From: an uncultured candidate division Zixibacteria bacterium
GTDB taxonomy: Bacteria; Zixibacteria; MSB-5A5; GN15; FEB-12
Assembly (NCBI GenBank): GCA_963735035.1
Contig: CAVTJJ010000006.1
Span: 64,001 to 128,000, forward strand
Length of the DNA: 64,000 nucleotides
Direction of reading: 5' to 3'
Shown: positions 36,417 to 45,242 of the stretch, piece by piece
Numbering within the stretch: the first letter of the stretch is position 1
Layout: every line of letters begins with the position of its first letter
Position numbers and translations under genes: made by a program
Notes under the pieces: generated by a model
Databases searched by the model: none
What the model was told of the DNA's origin: nothing
Seen by the model: the letters and a program-made list of their open reading frames with translations, nothing else

Positions 36417-37544
36417 ATGCACATCCTCGCCCTTGAACCCTACTACGGCGGCAGCCATCGGGCGTTTTTCGACGGCCTGGTGTCGCACAGCCGCCATAAA
36501 TGGACCGTGCTCGGCCTGCCGGCCCACAAATGGAAATGGCGGATGCGACACAGCGCTGTTACTTTCGCCGGGCAGGTTCAGAAGTCAGTTCACGAACGGT
36601 CGCAGTTGGATCTGGTCTTCTGCTCCGATATGCTCAATCTCGCTGAATTCAGGGGACTGGCGCCCGAGTCGATTGGATCTCTGCCTGCCGTTGCATACTT
36701 CCACGAAAATCAACTAACCTATCCCGTGCAGCATGAAGACGCGCGCGATCTGCATTTTGGCATGATCAATTTTACTACCGCTCTGGCGGCCGACCAGGTC
36801 TGGTTCAACTCGGCATTTCATCGCGATACGTTCTTAGGCGCACTCCGAGAGCTGCTTCATCGGATGCCTGATTACAATCACGTCGAGACAGTCGACGTAA
36901 TCGCGCGGAAATCATATGTACATCCTCAGGGGATAGCCGAACCGACCGCCCTCAAGACTCGCCCGAGCGGGCCGCCGCGCATTCTCTGGGTGGCGCGCTG
37001 GGAGCACGACAAGAACCCGGAGCTATTCTTTGAAGCGATGTACCGCCTTCAAGACGAAGAGTGTGACTTTCGTTTGAGTGCAATTGGCGAACAATTCAGT
37101 GACACACCGTCGATATTTGCAGAAGCCCGTACCCGCCTGCAGGAGCGGATCGACCGCTGGGGTTTTCAATCAACTCGCGCCGAGTATGAACTATCGCTGG
37201 CTGAGGCTGACATAGTAGTGTCCACCGCCGATCATGAGTTCTTTGGAGTGAGCGTGGTCGAAGCGGTTGCGGCGGGGGCTTTCCCCCTGTTGCCGAAGCG
37301 ACTGGCCTACCCGGAGATATTCTCAACTGAGGGGAGAGCTGGCGACGAAGATTTCTTCTACGACGGTTCCGTCGACAGCTTGTTGGGTCGATTACGAACG
37401 CTGCTTACTAAGACGGCCACCGGGAATCTGTGGGAGAAGCGTCCTGATCGGCTGAATAACATAGTCGAGAAATACTATTGGAAGAATCTCGCGCCTCAAT
37501 TGGATAAGGCGCTCGACGATCTGGTACGATCCAAACGACAGTGA
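36417..37544 (+). CDS. DUF3524 GT-B glycosyltransferase (GTDC1/QTMAN-like)
   Basis: LEPYYGGSH, WKWRMRH, YFHENQLTYP, FNSAFH, RWEHDKNP and HEFFGVSVVEA. Confidence 0.9.
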   Translation: MHILALEPYYGGSHRAFFDGLVSHSRHKWTVLGLPAHKWKWRMRHSAVTFAGQVQKSVHERSQLDLVFCSDMLNLAEFRGLAPESIGSLPAVAYFHENQLTYPVQHEDARDLHFGMINFTTALAADQVWFNSAFHRDTFLGALRELLHRMPDYNHVETVDVIARKSYVHPQGIAEPTALKTRPSGPPRILWVARWEHDKNPELFFEAMYRLQDEECDFRLSAIGEQFSDTPSIFAEARTRLQERIDRWGFQSTRAEYELSLAEADIVVSTADHEFFGVSVVEAVAAGAFPLLPKRLAYPEIFSTEGRAGDEDFFYDGSVDSLLGRLRTLLTKTATGNLWEKRPDRLNNIVEKYYWKNLAPQLDKALDDLVRSKRQ

Positions 37545-37546
37545 GT

Positions 37547-38483
37547 TCAGGCCAGCAGGCAGGCCAGCAGGATCGAGTTTAGTCGGGCGGCTACCGGCTC
37601 CGAAATGAAATTGACCGCTACCGGTACGCGCCCCCCCACTATTACTCCGCCCGATTCACACTCCGCAAATAGCGACATCGCCTGGTACACGCCCTGAGCG
37701 ACATACTTCGTCGAAGCCAATATGGCGTCGGCTTGCCCCGCCACTTTGGAGTTTTGGATTCCCTTTGGATTGGGCCGCGAAATTGTCCACGGCTACGTCG
37801 AATGAAAGCGGCCCGTCCACCCGAACACCTTTCAATTGACCCCGGTCGCACATCTTGGCCAACACGGCGGCATCAGTCGTCGCCGGCATCTGTGGGGAAA
37901 TTACTTCGACCGCAGTCGCAACCGCCGTTCGGGGATCAGCCACTCCAACCGCTCTGGCAACGCGGGACAGGTTGTTCAGCAAGGCAATCTTCGTGGCGAG
38001 GTCCGGCTCATCGTGCACCAGACCGTCGGTAACAAAAAGCAGTTTGGGATAGCGGGCAGCCTTGAGTACTCCGACGTGCGACATCACACTGCCGGTGGGG
38101 ACAAAGGCTTCTTCGACAGCGGTCAAGAGTGTCACCAGGTATTCCGGCGACAACCTACCTTGAACTATCAGGTCGATCTCGTCTGCTTCAGCCATCTTAG
38201 CCGCGATCTTCACCGCCATTTCGGGCTGGTTGATGTCGATAATCTTGATCCGATCAAGATCCATCCCATGCTCAGACGCTGTCGCTCGAAAACGTGCTTC
38301 GCCACCGATTACTATTGGCTCGATCAACCCGAGGGCGATGGCATCCGCGAACGCCGGAAGCGTTGCCGCTTCGTGTGGCACGACCAATGCGGCGCGCGGT
38401 TTTCGCGAGGCTGTCCGCTCGATGACCTGGCGGCGAATCTGATCGAACGAGTGAATCCGGGGGATGTCGATAGAGCTTTCCAT
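37547..38483 (-). CDS. ptb: Phosphate butyryl/acyltransferase paralogue 2, with a +1 frameshift near 37760
   Basis: MSHVGV, LLFVTDG, AVEVISPQMPATTDAA, VDGPLSFDVAV. Removing one base from AAAGGGAATCC gives KGIQNSKVAGQADAIL and joins the 37547-37744 ORF. Confidence 0.85.
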
Positions 38484-38486
38484 CGC

Positions 38487-39401
38487 TCAGTTCTCCCGGA
38501 TTCCATTGCGGGTGTAGAAATCGGCGATCAGGCACGCCAGTGCCAGCGACGCCTTCTTGTTACGAACGGTGTCGGTCCTCGACACGATCGATACCGGCAC
38601 CCGCGCGCCGACAATCACTCCGGCAAACACGGCGTCGGCGAAATTGATCAGCGACTTGGCCACGACATTGCATTCTTCGATGGAATCGACCACGTACACA
38701 TCCGTCGCACCCGCCACCGGGCCGGAACGACCGAGCAACTTGGCGGCTCGAGGGGAGACGGCCACCTCGAAACTCATCGGTCCATCGATAACCATATCGG
38801 ACACCCGGCGAGTCGCGTCAGACAGGAAGTGATCGTGATTGACCACCGAAACTGCAACCTTGACCGGCGCGAGTCCGAGCGCGCGACCGACCAGTACGGC
38901 GTTCTCGATGATCTCGATCTTCTGGTCGTCACTCGGTTTGACCACCATACCACCGTCGGTGAAGTTGAGGAGCTTGCCGTATCCAGGAATATCGAGAACG
39001 GCGCAGTGCGAGAGAGTGTTGGTACCCCGAAGTCCGTATTGTTTATCGAGAACGATCTTGAGAATGGCCGAGGTCGGAAGGAAGCCTTTCATCACTATAT
39101 CGGCTTTCCGTTCGGCGGCCATCGCCACCGCCGCATGTGCGGCCTTTGTGACGTCCGGCTGGTTGACAATAGCGAGTCCGCTCAGATCGTAGCAATGTTC
39201 TTCGGCCAGCCCGCGTATTTTCGACTCATCGCCAACTAGCACGGCGTCGAGGAAGCCATCACGCCGTGACTCACACAGAGCTCCGATAACATCGGCGTCC
39301 TGCGCCGCTGCTACCGCTACTCTTTTCGGGCGATCTTCGCGCGCCAACGCGACGGCTTGCTCGAGAAGCTGCTCGTATGAGTGAATCGGTTCGCGGTTCA
39401 T
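38487..39401 (-). CDS. ptb: Phosphate butyryl/acyltransferase paralogue 1
   Basis: VAVAAAQD, ADIVMKG, LSHCAV, FTDGGM, IDGPMSF and VGARVPVSIVSRTD. Confidence 0.88.
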   Translation of the reverse strand: MNREPIHSYEQLLEQAVALAREDRPKRVAVAAAQDADVIGALCESRRDGFLDAVLVGDESKIRGLAEEHCYDLSGLAIVNQPDVTKAAHAAVAMAAERKADIVMKGFLPTSAILKIVLDKQYGLRGTNTLSHCAVLDIPGYGKLLNFTDGGMVVKPSDDQKIEIIENAVLVGRALGLAPVKVAVSVVNHDHFLSDATRRVSDMVIDGPMSFEVAVSPRAAKLLGRSGPVAGATDVYVVDSIEECNVVAKSLINFADAVFAGVIVGARVPVSIVSRTDTVRNKKASLALACLIADFYTRNGIREN

Positions 39402-39426
39402 ATCAAAATCGTTCGTGGTCGTTAGA

Positions 39427-40500
39427 CTAGTAGGTCTTGAGTTGTTCTTCGCCGTCAAGATATCGTACACCCGCGGCAGCGAGGGCTTCCATCTCGAATT
39501 CGCCCGGGACAACTACCACGCGCTTCATCCATCCGACCTGCGCGGTGATGCGCTCGACCAGACGCTGCGAATAGGCCATGCCGCCGGTCAGCAAGATCGC
39601 CTCGAAATCTCCCTGTAGCACAGTCGCGGCCGCGCCGATCTCTTTGGCTATCTGGTACGCCATGGCGTCGAAATAGAGCTGGGCTTTGTCATCGCCGGCC
39701 GTAATCATTTCTTCGACCCGGCGCAGATCGGATTCTCCGATATATGCCACCAGGCCGGATTCTTTCGACAGCTTGTCCAGTAGCTCTTTCTTCGTGTACT
39801 TCCCGGAGTAACATAACTCGACCAACGCCCCTATCGGAAGAGCGCCGGCCCGGTCAGGGGAGAAGGGCCCCATGCCGAGCAAGGCGTCGTTCACATCAAC
39901 CACCCGTCCCTCTTTGAGAGCGGCCACCGAAACGCCACCCCCCATGTGAACAGCGACGAAATTGGCACTCTCGAGACTCTTGCCCAGTTTGGTGGCTTCT
40001 CTTCGGGCTACTTCTTTGATATTGAGAGCATGAACGCGACATTTGCGCTCAATTTCCGGGACACCGCTGATACGCGCCAGGTCGGTGAAATTGTCCACCG
40101 TGATCGGATCGGTTATTAGACACGGAACGCCGAAGCGTTGAGCCAGATGATGTGCTATGATAGCGCCAAGATTAGAAGCATGATTGGAGTACCGGGCCGT
40201 CCGGAGATCGTTCAGCATTTGTTCGGTAATTTCGTACGAGCCGCCTTCAAGCGGCCGTAGCGGAGCTCCGCGACCGACTACCGCATTTACTCGCCCTGGT
40301 CGAAGCTGGAGCGATTCAATCCAGCGATTAATCTCCTCCATGCGATAGGCAAATTGATTGGCGACATTATCGAACCGGGTGAGTTCTTTGGGGTCGTGGC
40401 GGACGACTTCTTCTGCAATCTTGTTGATACCGTCAAACAGCGCCGTCTTGGTCGACGTGGAGCCCGGATTTATGATCAACAAGTGCTGCGACATGGTCAC
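39427..40500 (-). CDS. buk: Butyrate kinase
   Basis: INPGSTSTK, HASNLG, HALN, HMGGGVSV, GPFSPDRAG, LTGGMA and PGEFEMEAL. Confidence 0.96.
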   Translation of the reverse strand: MTMSQHLLIINPGSTSTKTALFDGINKIAEEVVRHDPKELTRFDNVANQFAYRMEEINRWIESLQLRPGRVNAVVGRGAPLRPLEGGSYEITEQMLNDLRTARYSNHASNLGAIIAHHLAQRFGVPCLITDPITVDNFTDLARISGVPEIERKCRVHALNIKEVARREATKLGKSLESANFVAVHMGGGVSVAALKEGRVVDVNDALLGMGPFSPDRAGALPIGALVELCYSGKYTKKELLDKLSKESGLVAYIGESDLRRVEEMITAGDDKAQLYFDAMAYQIAKEIGAAATVLQGDFEAILLTGGMAYSQRLVERITAQVGWMKRVVVVPGEFEMEALAAAGVRYLDGEEQLKTY

Positions 40501-41105
40501 CTCGCCGCAGTATGTTTCTCCAGCCTGATCTCACGACCCCGCGCAAACGCGGAAAGATTCATATCAACGAACTTGGCCTTGACCCGTTTCCTTATCGCTT
40601 CAGTCCACTGCTCGGGTGTGAAGGGGAGGTGATTCGAGAGCACGCCAATTAATATGGTGTTAACAAGACGTGGATCGCCCAATTCCCGCGCGATCTGATC
40701 CGCCTCGACCGGAATCACCCGCTCCAGTTTCGACTGAAGTTCCGCGACGGCATCTTGAGGATACGAATACTCCTTTGAAGACGTAACAATCGCCGGCACC
40801 AGGCGGGTGCGGGAGACAATCGCTACCCCGTCGCGGCGGAGCCAGTCGATTGCCCGAAGCGCCTCGGCCTGCTCGAATGACATCAGGATATCGGCGCGGC
40901 CATGAAATATCACCGGTGAGTACACTTTGGGTGCAAACTTGACGTGCGACGACACCACGCCACCACGCTGGGACATGCCGTGGACTTCCGATTTCTTGAC
41001 GTCCAGCCCGGCGGCCATAGCGACCTCGGAGATGATTTCCGAAGCAAGTAATACGCCTTGTCCACCGACGCCTACGATGAGAATGTCAAAACTGTTCTTA
41101 TTCAT
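40497..41105 (-). CDS. iorB: Indolepyruvate:ferredoxin oxidoreductase beta subunit
   Basis: GVGGQG and SEVHGMSQRGGVVSSHV. Confidence 0.94.
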   Translation of the reverse strand: MNKNSFDILIVGVGGQGVLLASEIISEVAMAAGLDVKKSEVHGMSQRGGVVSSHVKFAPKVYSPVIFHGRADILMSFEQAEALRAIDWLRRDGVAIVSRTRLVPAIVTSSKEYSYPQDAVAELQSKLERVIPVEADQIARELGDPRLVNTILIGVLSNHLPFTPEQWTEAIRKRVKAKFVDMNLSAFARGREIRLEKHTAAR

Positions 41106-41114
41106 AGCGGGGCC

Positions 41115-42893
41115 TTACACCATCACGAACTGGCTCTTGAGTACGATCGCTTCCGGTTGACAAATCTGAGCGCATAGCGTACACCCGGTGCATAGCGTCT
41201 GATCGATGACCGCTTTGGGGCGGCCATGCTCGTTGGTTTCTTCTGAGGCCATTATCGCCGGGCAGGAGATGCGGAAGCAGGCCGAACAGCCGTTGCATCG
41301 CTCCAGATCGACCACATAAGGTTCGTCCATGATCCGTTTCGGCATGAGTACACAGGGACGATTGGTGACGATCACCGATGGCCCGGTGTTCTTGATTTCT
41401 TCTTCGATAGCCGTCAGGGTGGCTTCGTAATCGTACGGATCGACTTTGCGGAAATTCTTTACACCGAGGCCCCGGCAGAGTGCTTCCAGGTCAATCACTG
41501 TGGCGTTCCGGCCCATCAATGTCTTCCCGGTCGCCGGATGCTGCTGGCCGCCGGTCATAGCGGTGGCGCTGTTGTCGAGGATGATTACGGTCACATTGCT
41601 GTTGTTGTAGACCGCATCTACCAGCCCGGTGATGCCGGAGTGAAAGAAGGTGGAATCGCCGATTGCCGCCACCACCCCCTGAGCAGCGCCGTTGACTTTC
41701 TCCAAGCCGATAGCGTTGCCGATGGATGCTCCCATGCATATGCAGGTGTCGAGAGCGTCGAGCGGCTTGAGCACGCCGAGCGTGTAGCAGCCGATATCGC
41801 CGGTCACAGCTACTTTCAATTTGCGTAGCGCCATGAAAGCGCCCCGGTGCGGGCAACCGGGACAGAGCACGGGAGGACGAGGGAACAGCGGTTCGGTCTC
41901 GAAAGCTGCCTCCGGGATTCGCTCGATCAACCCGGCTTCAGCCAGGCCGTGGGCTACAAGTGCGGGGGAGAGTTCACCGCGCCGCCCGAAATATTTCTTC
42001 CCTTCGACATTCAATCCGGCCGCCTTGATTTGGTCTTCGTAGAACGGTTCAAGCTCTTCAACCACGATCACCCGTTGGTGCTTCTTCACGAACTCGGCGA
42101 TCTTCTTCATCGGAAGCGGATGGCCGAATCCTATTTTGAGGTAGTCAAATTGAGGAGCTACTTCTTTGGCGTACTGATAGGCGATGCCGCCTGTGATGAT
42201 CCCGATCTCTGAGCCGTTGGATTCGACCCGATTCAATGGGGTCCGTTCCGAATATTCCTGAAGTTTCGCGAGTCGTTCTTCGACAAACACATGTCTTATC
42301 CGGGCGTTGCTCGGAATCATGACATATTTGGCCGGGGCTTTGACAAATTTCTTTTCGGGTGGGGTCACCGGTTCGGCCAGTTCAACAATCCCCTTGGAAT
42401 GCGAGATGCGGGTGGTCATGTGCAGCATGACCGGCGTGTCGAACTCTTCAGATATCTCGTACGCCGTCAGGAGCATGTCCTTGCTTTCCTGGCTGTCCGA
42501 CGGATCGAGAAACGGCGTCTTGGCGAATCGAGCGAAGATACGATTGTCCTGCTCGTTCTGCGACGAATGCATCTCCGGGTCATCGGCCGAAACCAGTACA
42601 AATCCGCCGCCCACACCGGTGTATGAGAAAGTCATGTACGGATCAGCCGCCACATTCAGGCCGACATGTTTCATGGTCGTGAGGGCGCGGGCGCCGCCGA
42701 TTGAGGCGCCGATGGCTACTTCGAAAGCCACTTTCTCGTTGGGCGACCATTGAGCATAGATTGAGGGATATTTTTCGGCGACGGTTTCGAGGATTTCGGT
42801 GGACGGTGTGCCGGGGTATCCGGCGGCAAGCTTGACACCGGCTTCGAACGCTCCCCGGGCGACCGCCTCGTTTCCGGACAATAGCTCTTTCAT
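41115..42893 (-). CDS. iorA: Indolepyruvate:ferredoxin oxidoreductase alpha subunit
   Basis: LSGNEAVARG, YPGTPSTE, NEKVAFE, MKHVGLNVAAD, SSQNEQD, RPPVLCPGCPH, GDIGCY, GDSTF and a C-terminal 2x[4Fe-4S] domain. Confidence 0.96.
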   Translation of the reverse strand: MKELLSGNEAVARGAFEAGVKLAAGYPGTPSTEILETVAEKYPSIYAQWSPNEKVAFEVAIGASIGGARALTTMKHVGLNVAADPYMTFSYTGVGGGFVLVSADDPEMHSSQNEQDNRIFARFAKTPFLDPSDSQESKDMLLTAYEISEEFDTPVMLHMTTRISHSKGIVELAEPVTPPEKKFVKAPAKYVMIPSNARIRHVFVEERLAKLQEYSERTPLNRVESNGSEIGIITGGIAYQYAKEVAPQFDYLKIGFGHPLPMKKIAEFVKKHQRVIVVEELEPFYEDQIKAAGLNVEGKKYFGRRGELSPALVAHGLAEAGLIERIPEAAFETEPLFPRPPVLCPGCPHRGAFMALRKLKVAVTGDIGCYTLGVLKPLDALDTCICMGASIGNAIGLEKVNGAAQGVVAAIGDSTFFHSGITGLVDAVYNNSNVTVIILDNSATAMTGGQQHPATGKTLMGRNATVIDLEALCRGLGVKNFRKVDPYDYEATLTAIEEEIKNTGPSVIVTNRPCVLMPKRIMDEPYVVDLERCNGCSACFRISCPAIMASEETNEHGRPKAVIDQTLCTGCTLCAQICQPEAIVLKSQFVMV

Positions 42894-43103
42894 AGTGTCT
42901 CGCAATGAGTTGTGCGATGGGTCAGAGTGCGGGCGAGAGGTTTTGCCATGTAAGACATAACGGCCCAAATTAACGGCGGAACCGCTCGCTCCGCAATGGA
43001 ATTCTGGAAGTGATTGCCGTGATTTCTTGAATCTCCGACAGGGTCGGTGTCGTTTCCATACTGCTTGCTGAAAGGTATCAGAACGCGTATTCTTCATGAG
43101 TGT

Positions 43104-43799
43104 ATGAGAGCAGTGCCTATATTTGACTTGGATGGTTTGCTCATTGACAGTGAGCCCTTGTTTTTCCGGGCATACCGTGATGCTCTGGCAAGCCATGGTC
43201 TTGAGTTGACTATGGCTGATTTCGCCGCACATTGGACCAGAGATGGGAAAGGCATAAGGGAATTCATATCCGATAGAGGCTGGAATCTTCAAGCCGACCA
43301 AGTTAAGAGTGAACGCAAGGAAGGTTATAGGGCCCTCATCCAAGATTTCCTGCGGCCGATGCCGGGAGCGCAGAAGCTACTAGAGAGCGTCAAGGGACGA
43401 ACTGATATGGCGTTGGTCACATCTTCAAGCCGAGAAGATGTTGAGTATATACTTACACGACTGGACTGGAAGTGTTTCTTTGATGTGGTGATCACCGAGG
43501 ACGACGGCTACCCGCGTAAGCCATCCCCGAATATGTTCTCGGCCGCGGTAGCGCAATTGAAAGCAGCTCCGTCTCAGTGCGTTATTCTGGAAGACGCCAG
43601 AAAAGGGCTCGTTGCCGCCTTGGCCGCGGGTATCAAATGTGTTGTAGTCCCGAATCAGTTCACCTGTACCAACGATTTCTCCGGCGCTACCTCAGTACTA
43701 CCTTCTTTGGAGAAGATAACCCCTGAGTATCTGGACACTCTTGTTGCAGAAGTATTGATTCCCGAATCGAAGCGGAGCGGAGAGAGCACCAATGGCTGA
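43104..43799 (+). CDS. HAD family phosphatase (beta-phosphoglucomutase-like)
   Basis: FDLDGLLIDSE (motif I), VTSS, KPSP and ILEDARKG. Confidence 0.9.
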   Translation: MRAVPIFDLDGLLIDSEPLFFRAYRDALASHGLELTMADFAAHWTRDGKGIREFISDRGWNLQADQVKSERKEGYRALIQDFLRPMPGAQKLLESVKGRTDMALVTSSSREDVEYILTRLDWKCFFDVVITEDDGYPRKPSPNMFSAAVAQLKAAPSQCVILEDARKGLVAALAAGIKCVVVPNQFTCTNDFSGATSVLPSLEKITPEYLDTLVAEVLIPESKRSGESTNG

Positions 43800-44925
43800 A
43801 TGTGAAGATAATTCTCGATTGACTCTGAATACCGTCGCGGACTCTTGCTGCGGCGGGGCTGCGCCCCAAATTCCATACGTCTCACACGAAGGGTGGTGCG
43901 ATGGTACAGTCAAGACTTCGATAGGTGAAATCCCTCGGATGTCCACCAAGATCACACGGGCAGACCGTCTCGAACATTGGAAAGTCCGCTGGGGAATCGG
44001 TCGGATGGGGTACGCTGTCGCCCCCGGTCTCTACGCGTTCGGGAATCCAAATCCCGACTCGCGAGTCTTCGTCACGGCCAATTTCAAAATGAGTGTCGAT
44101 TCCCTGCGTTCGGCGCTGGACGGTCTCGACGGCTGGGTTCTCGTGCTTGATACCAGAGGCATCAATGTCTGGTGCGCTGCCGGGAAAGGGACATTCGGCA
44201 CGAAAGAGTTGATTCAGCGCATCTTCATCACCCGGTTGTCACAGTTGGTCACTCATCGGAAATTGATAGTCCCCCAGTTGGGTGCCCCCGGAGTGGTCGC
44301 CCATGAAGTCAAACAACAGACCGGATTTACTGTGCGGTATGGTCCGGTGCGGGCGGCTGACATTCCGACCTATCTTGATTCCCATCTTAAGGCTACGCCG
44401 GAGATGCGGCGGGTACAATTTCCTGTGAAGAATAGGCTCGCCCTGGTGCCCGTGGACTTGATCCAATGGGGCCGCTGGGGCCTGCTGGCATCAGTGGTTC
44501 TTGGGCTCGTGTGTGGCTTCGGCAGCGGCATCTTCTCGATTGAACGAGCTCTCTGGCAGACTCTTCGGGCGGCGGTGCCGATTCTGGGCGGGCTGTCGGC
44601 CGGGGCGCTGTTTACGTCGTGGTTTCTGCCCTGGTTGCCCGGACGAGCGTTTGCAATCAAAGGAGCCTGGGCCGGCGTTATATATCTGTTATTTCTGGGA
44701 ATATTGTTTCTGACGTTTCCGAACATTAAGGTCGGCTGGGTTGATTGGGCGTCATCGGTATTGCTGGTCACGTCCGCGGCCAGTTTTGTCGGCATGAACT
44801 TCACGGGATCGTCAACCTATACATCGCTCTCCGGCGTCAAGAAGGAGATGCGTGTAGCAGTGCCGGTGCAGGCGGCAGTCGCATTGATCGGTCTCGGTTT
44901 CTGGGTGGCAGGGAGGTTTGTATGA
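43792..44925 (+). CDS. hgcA: Mercury methylation corrinoid protein HgcA
   Basis: PGLYAFG, VFVTANFKMS, cap-helix motif GINVWCAAGKGTFG (NVWCAAGK at 44164-44187), PQLGAPG, GPVRA, C-terminal TM helices and MNFTGSSTYTSLSGVKKE. Confidence 0.97.
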   Translation: MAECEDNSRLTLNTVADSCCGGAAPQIPYVSHEGWCDGTVKTSIGEIPRMSTKITRADRLEHWKVRWGIGRMGYAVAPGLYAFGNPNPDSRVFVTANFKMSVDSLRSALDGLDGWVLVLDTRGINVWCAAGKGTFGTKELIQRIFITRLSQLVTHRKLIVPQLGAPGVVAHEVKQQTGFTVRYGPVRAADIPTYLDSHLKATPEMRRVQFPVKNRLALVPVDLIQWGRWGLLASVVLGLVCGFGSGIFSIERALWQTLRAAVPILGGLSAGALFTSWFLPWLPGRAFAIKGAWAGVIYLLFLGILFLTFPNIKVGWVDWASSVLLVTSAASFVGMNFTGSSTYTSLSGVKKEMRVAVPVQAAVALIGLGFWVAGRFV

Positions 44926-45230
44926 TGTCAACGACCTATCGATACTTGCCCGGGGTGACATCCCTGCAGCTTGATCAGACTAAATGCAAGGGTTGCCGTC
45001 TATGCACTGAGGTCTGCCCCCACGGAGTCTTCGTTGTCGAGAATCATCATTCTTCAATCGTCGACCGGGATGCCTGTATGGAATGCGGCGCCTGTGCCCG
45101 CAACTGCGAATCGGGGGCGATAACCGTGCAGTCCGGGGTCGGTTGTGCCACGGCGATCATCTACGGGGCTTTGACCGGCAAAGAACCCACCTGCGGTGGC
45201 GACACTCCCCAGGCTTCATGTTGCGGCTGA
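44922..45230 (+). CDS. hgcB: Mercury methylation ferredoxin HgcB
   Basis: CKGCRLCTEVCPHGVF, CMECGAC, GVGCA and terminal CCG; overlaps the hgcA stop (ATGA). Confidence 0.96.
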   Translation: MMSTTYRYLPGVTSLQLDQTKCKGCRLCTEVCPHGVFVVENHHSSIVDRDACMECGACARNCESGAITVQSGVGCATAIIYGALTGKEPTCGGDTPQASCCG

Positions 45231-45242
45231 TCGAACCAGGCC

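Noticed and set aside
37836..39239. Long antisense ORFs (e.g. 37836-39239, 54046-55041, 55570-56652, 29554-30399, 23458-24228)
   Set aside because: They lie opposite well-supported genes, have no recognisable motifs, and are expected shadows of GC-rich codon usage.
42894..43343. 150-aa N-terminal extension of IorA shown in the ORF track
   Set aside because: It overlaps the HAD gene on the opposite strand, and IorA homology begins at MKELLSGNEA (42893).
44745..44921. Longer 161-aa HgcB, or a fused HgcAB
   Set aside because: The upstream part is a shadow frame inside hgcA. GGGAGG precedes the ATGs at 44922/44925 and hgcA has its own stop.
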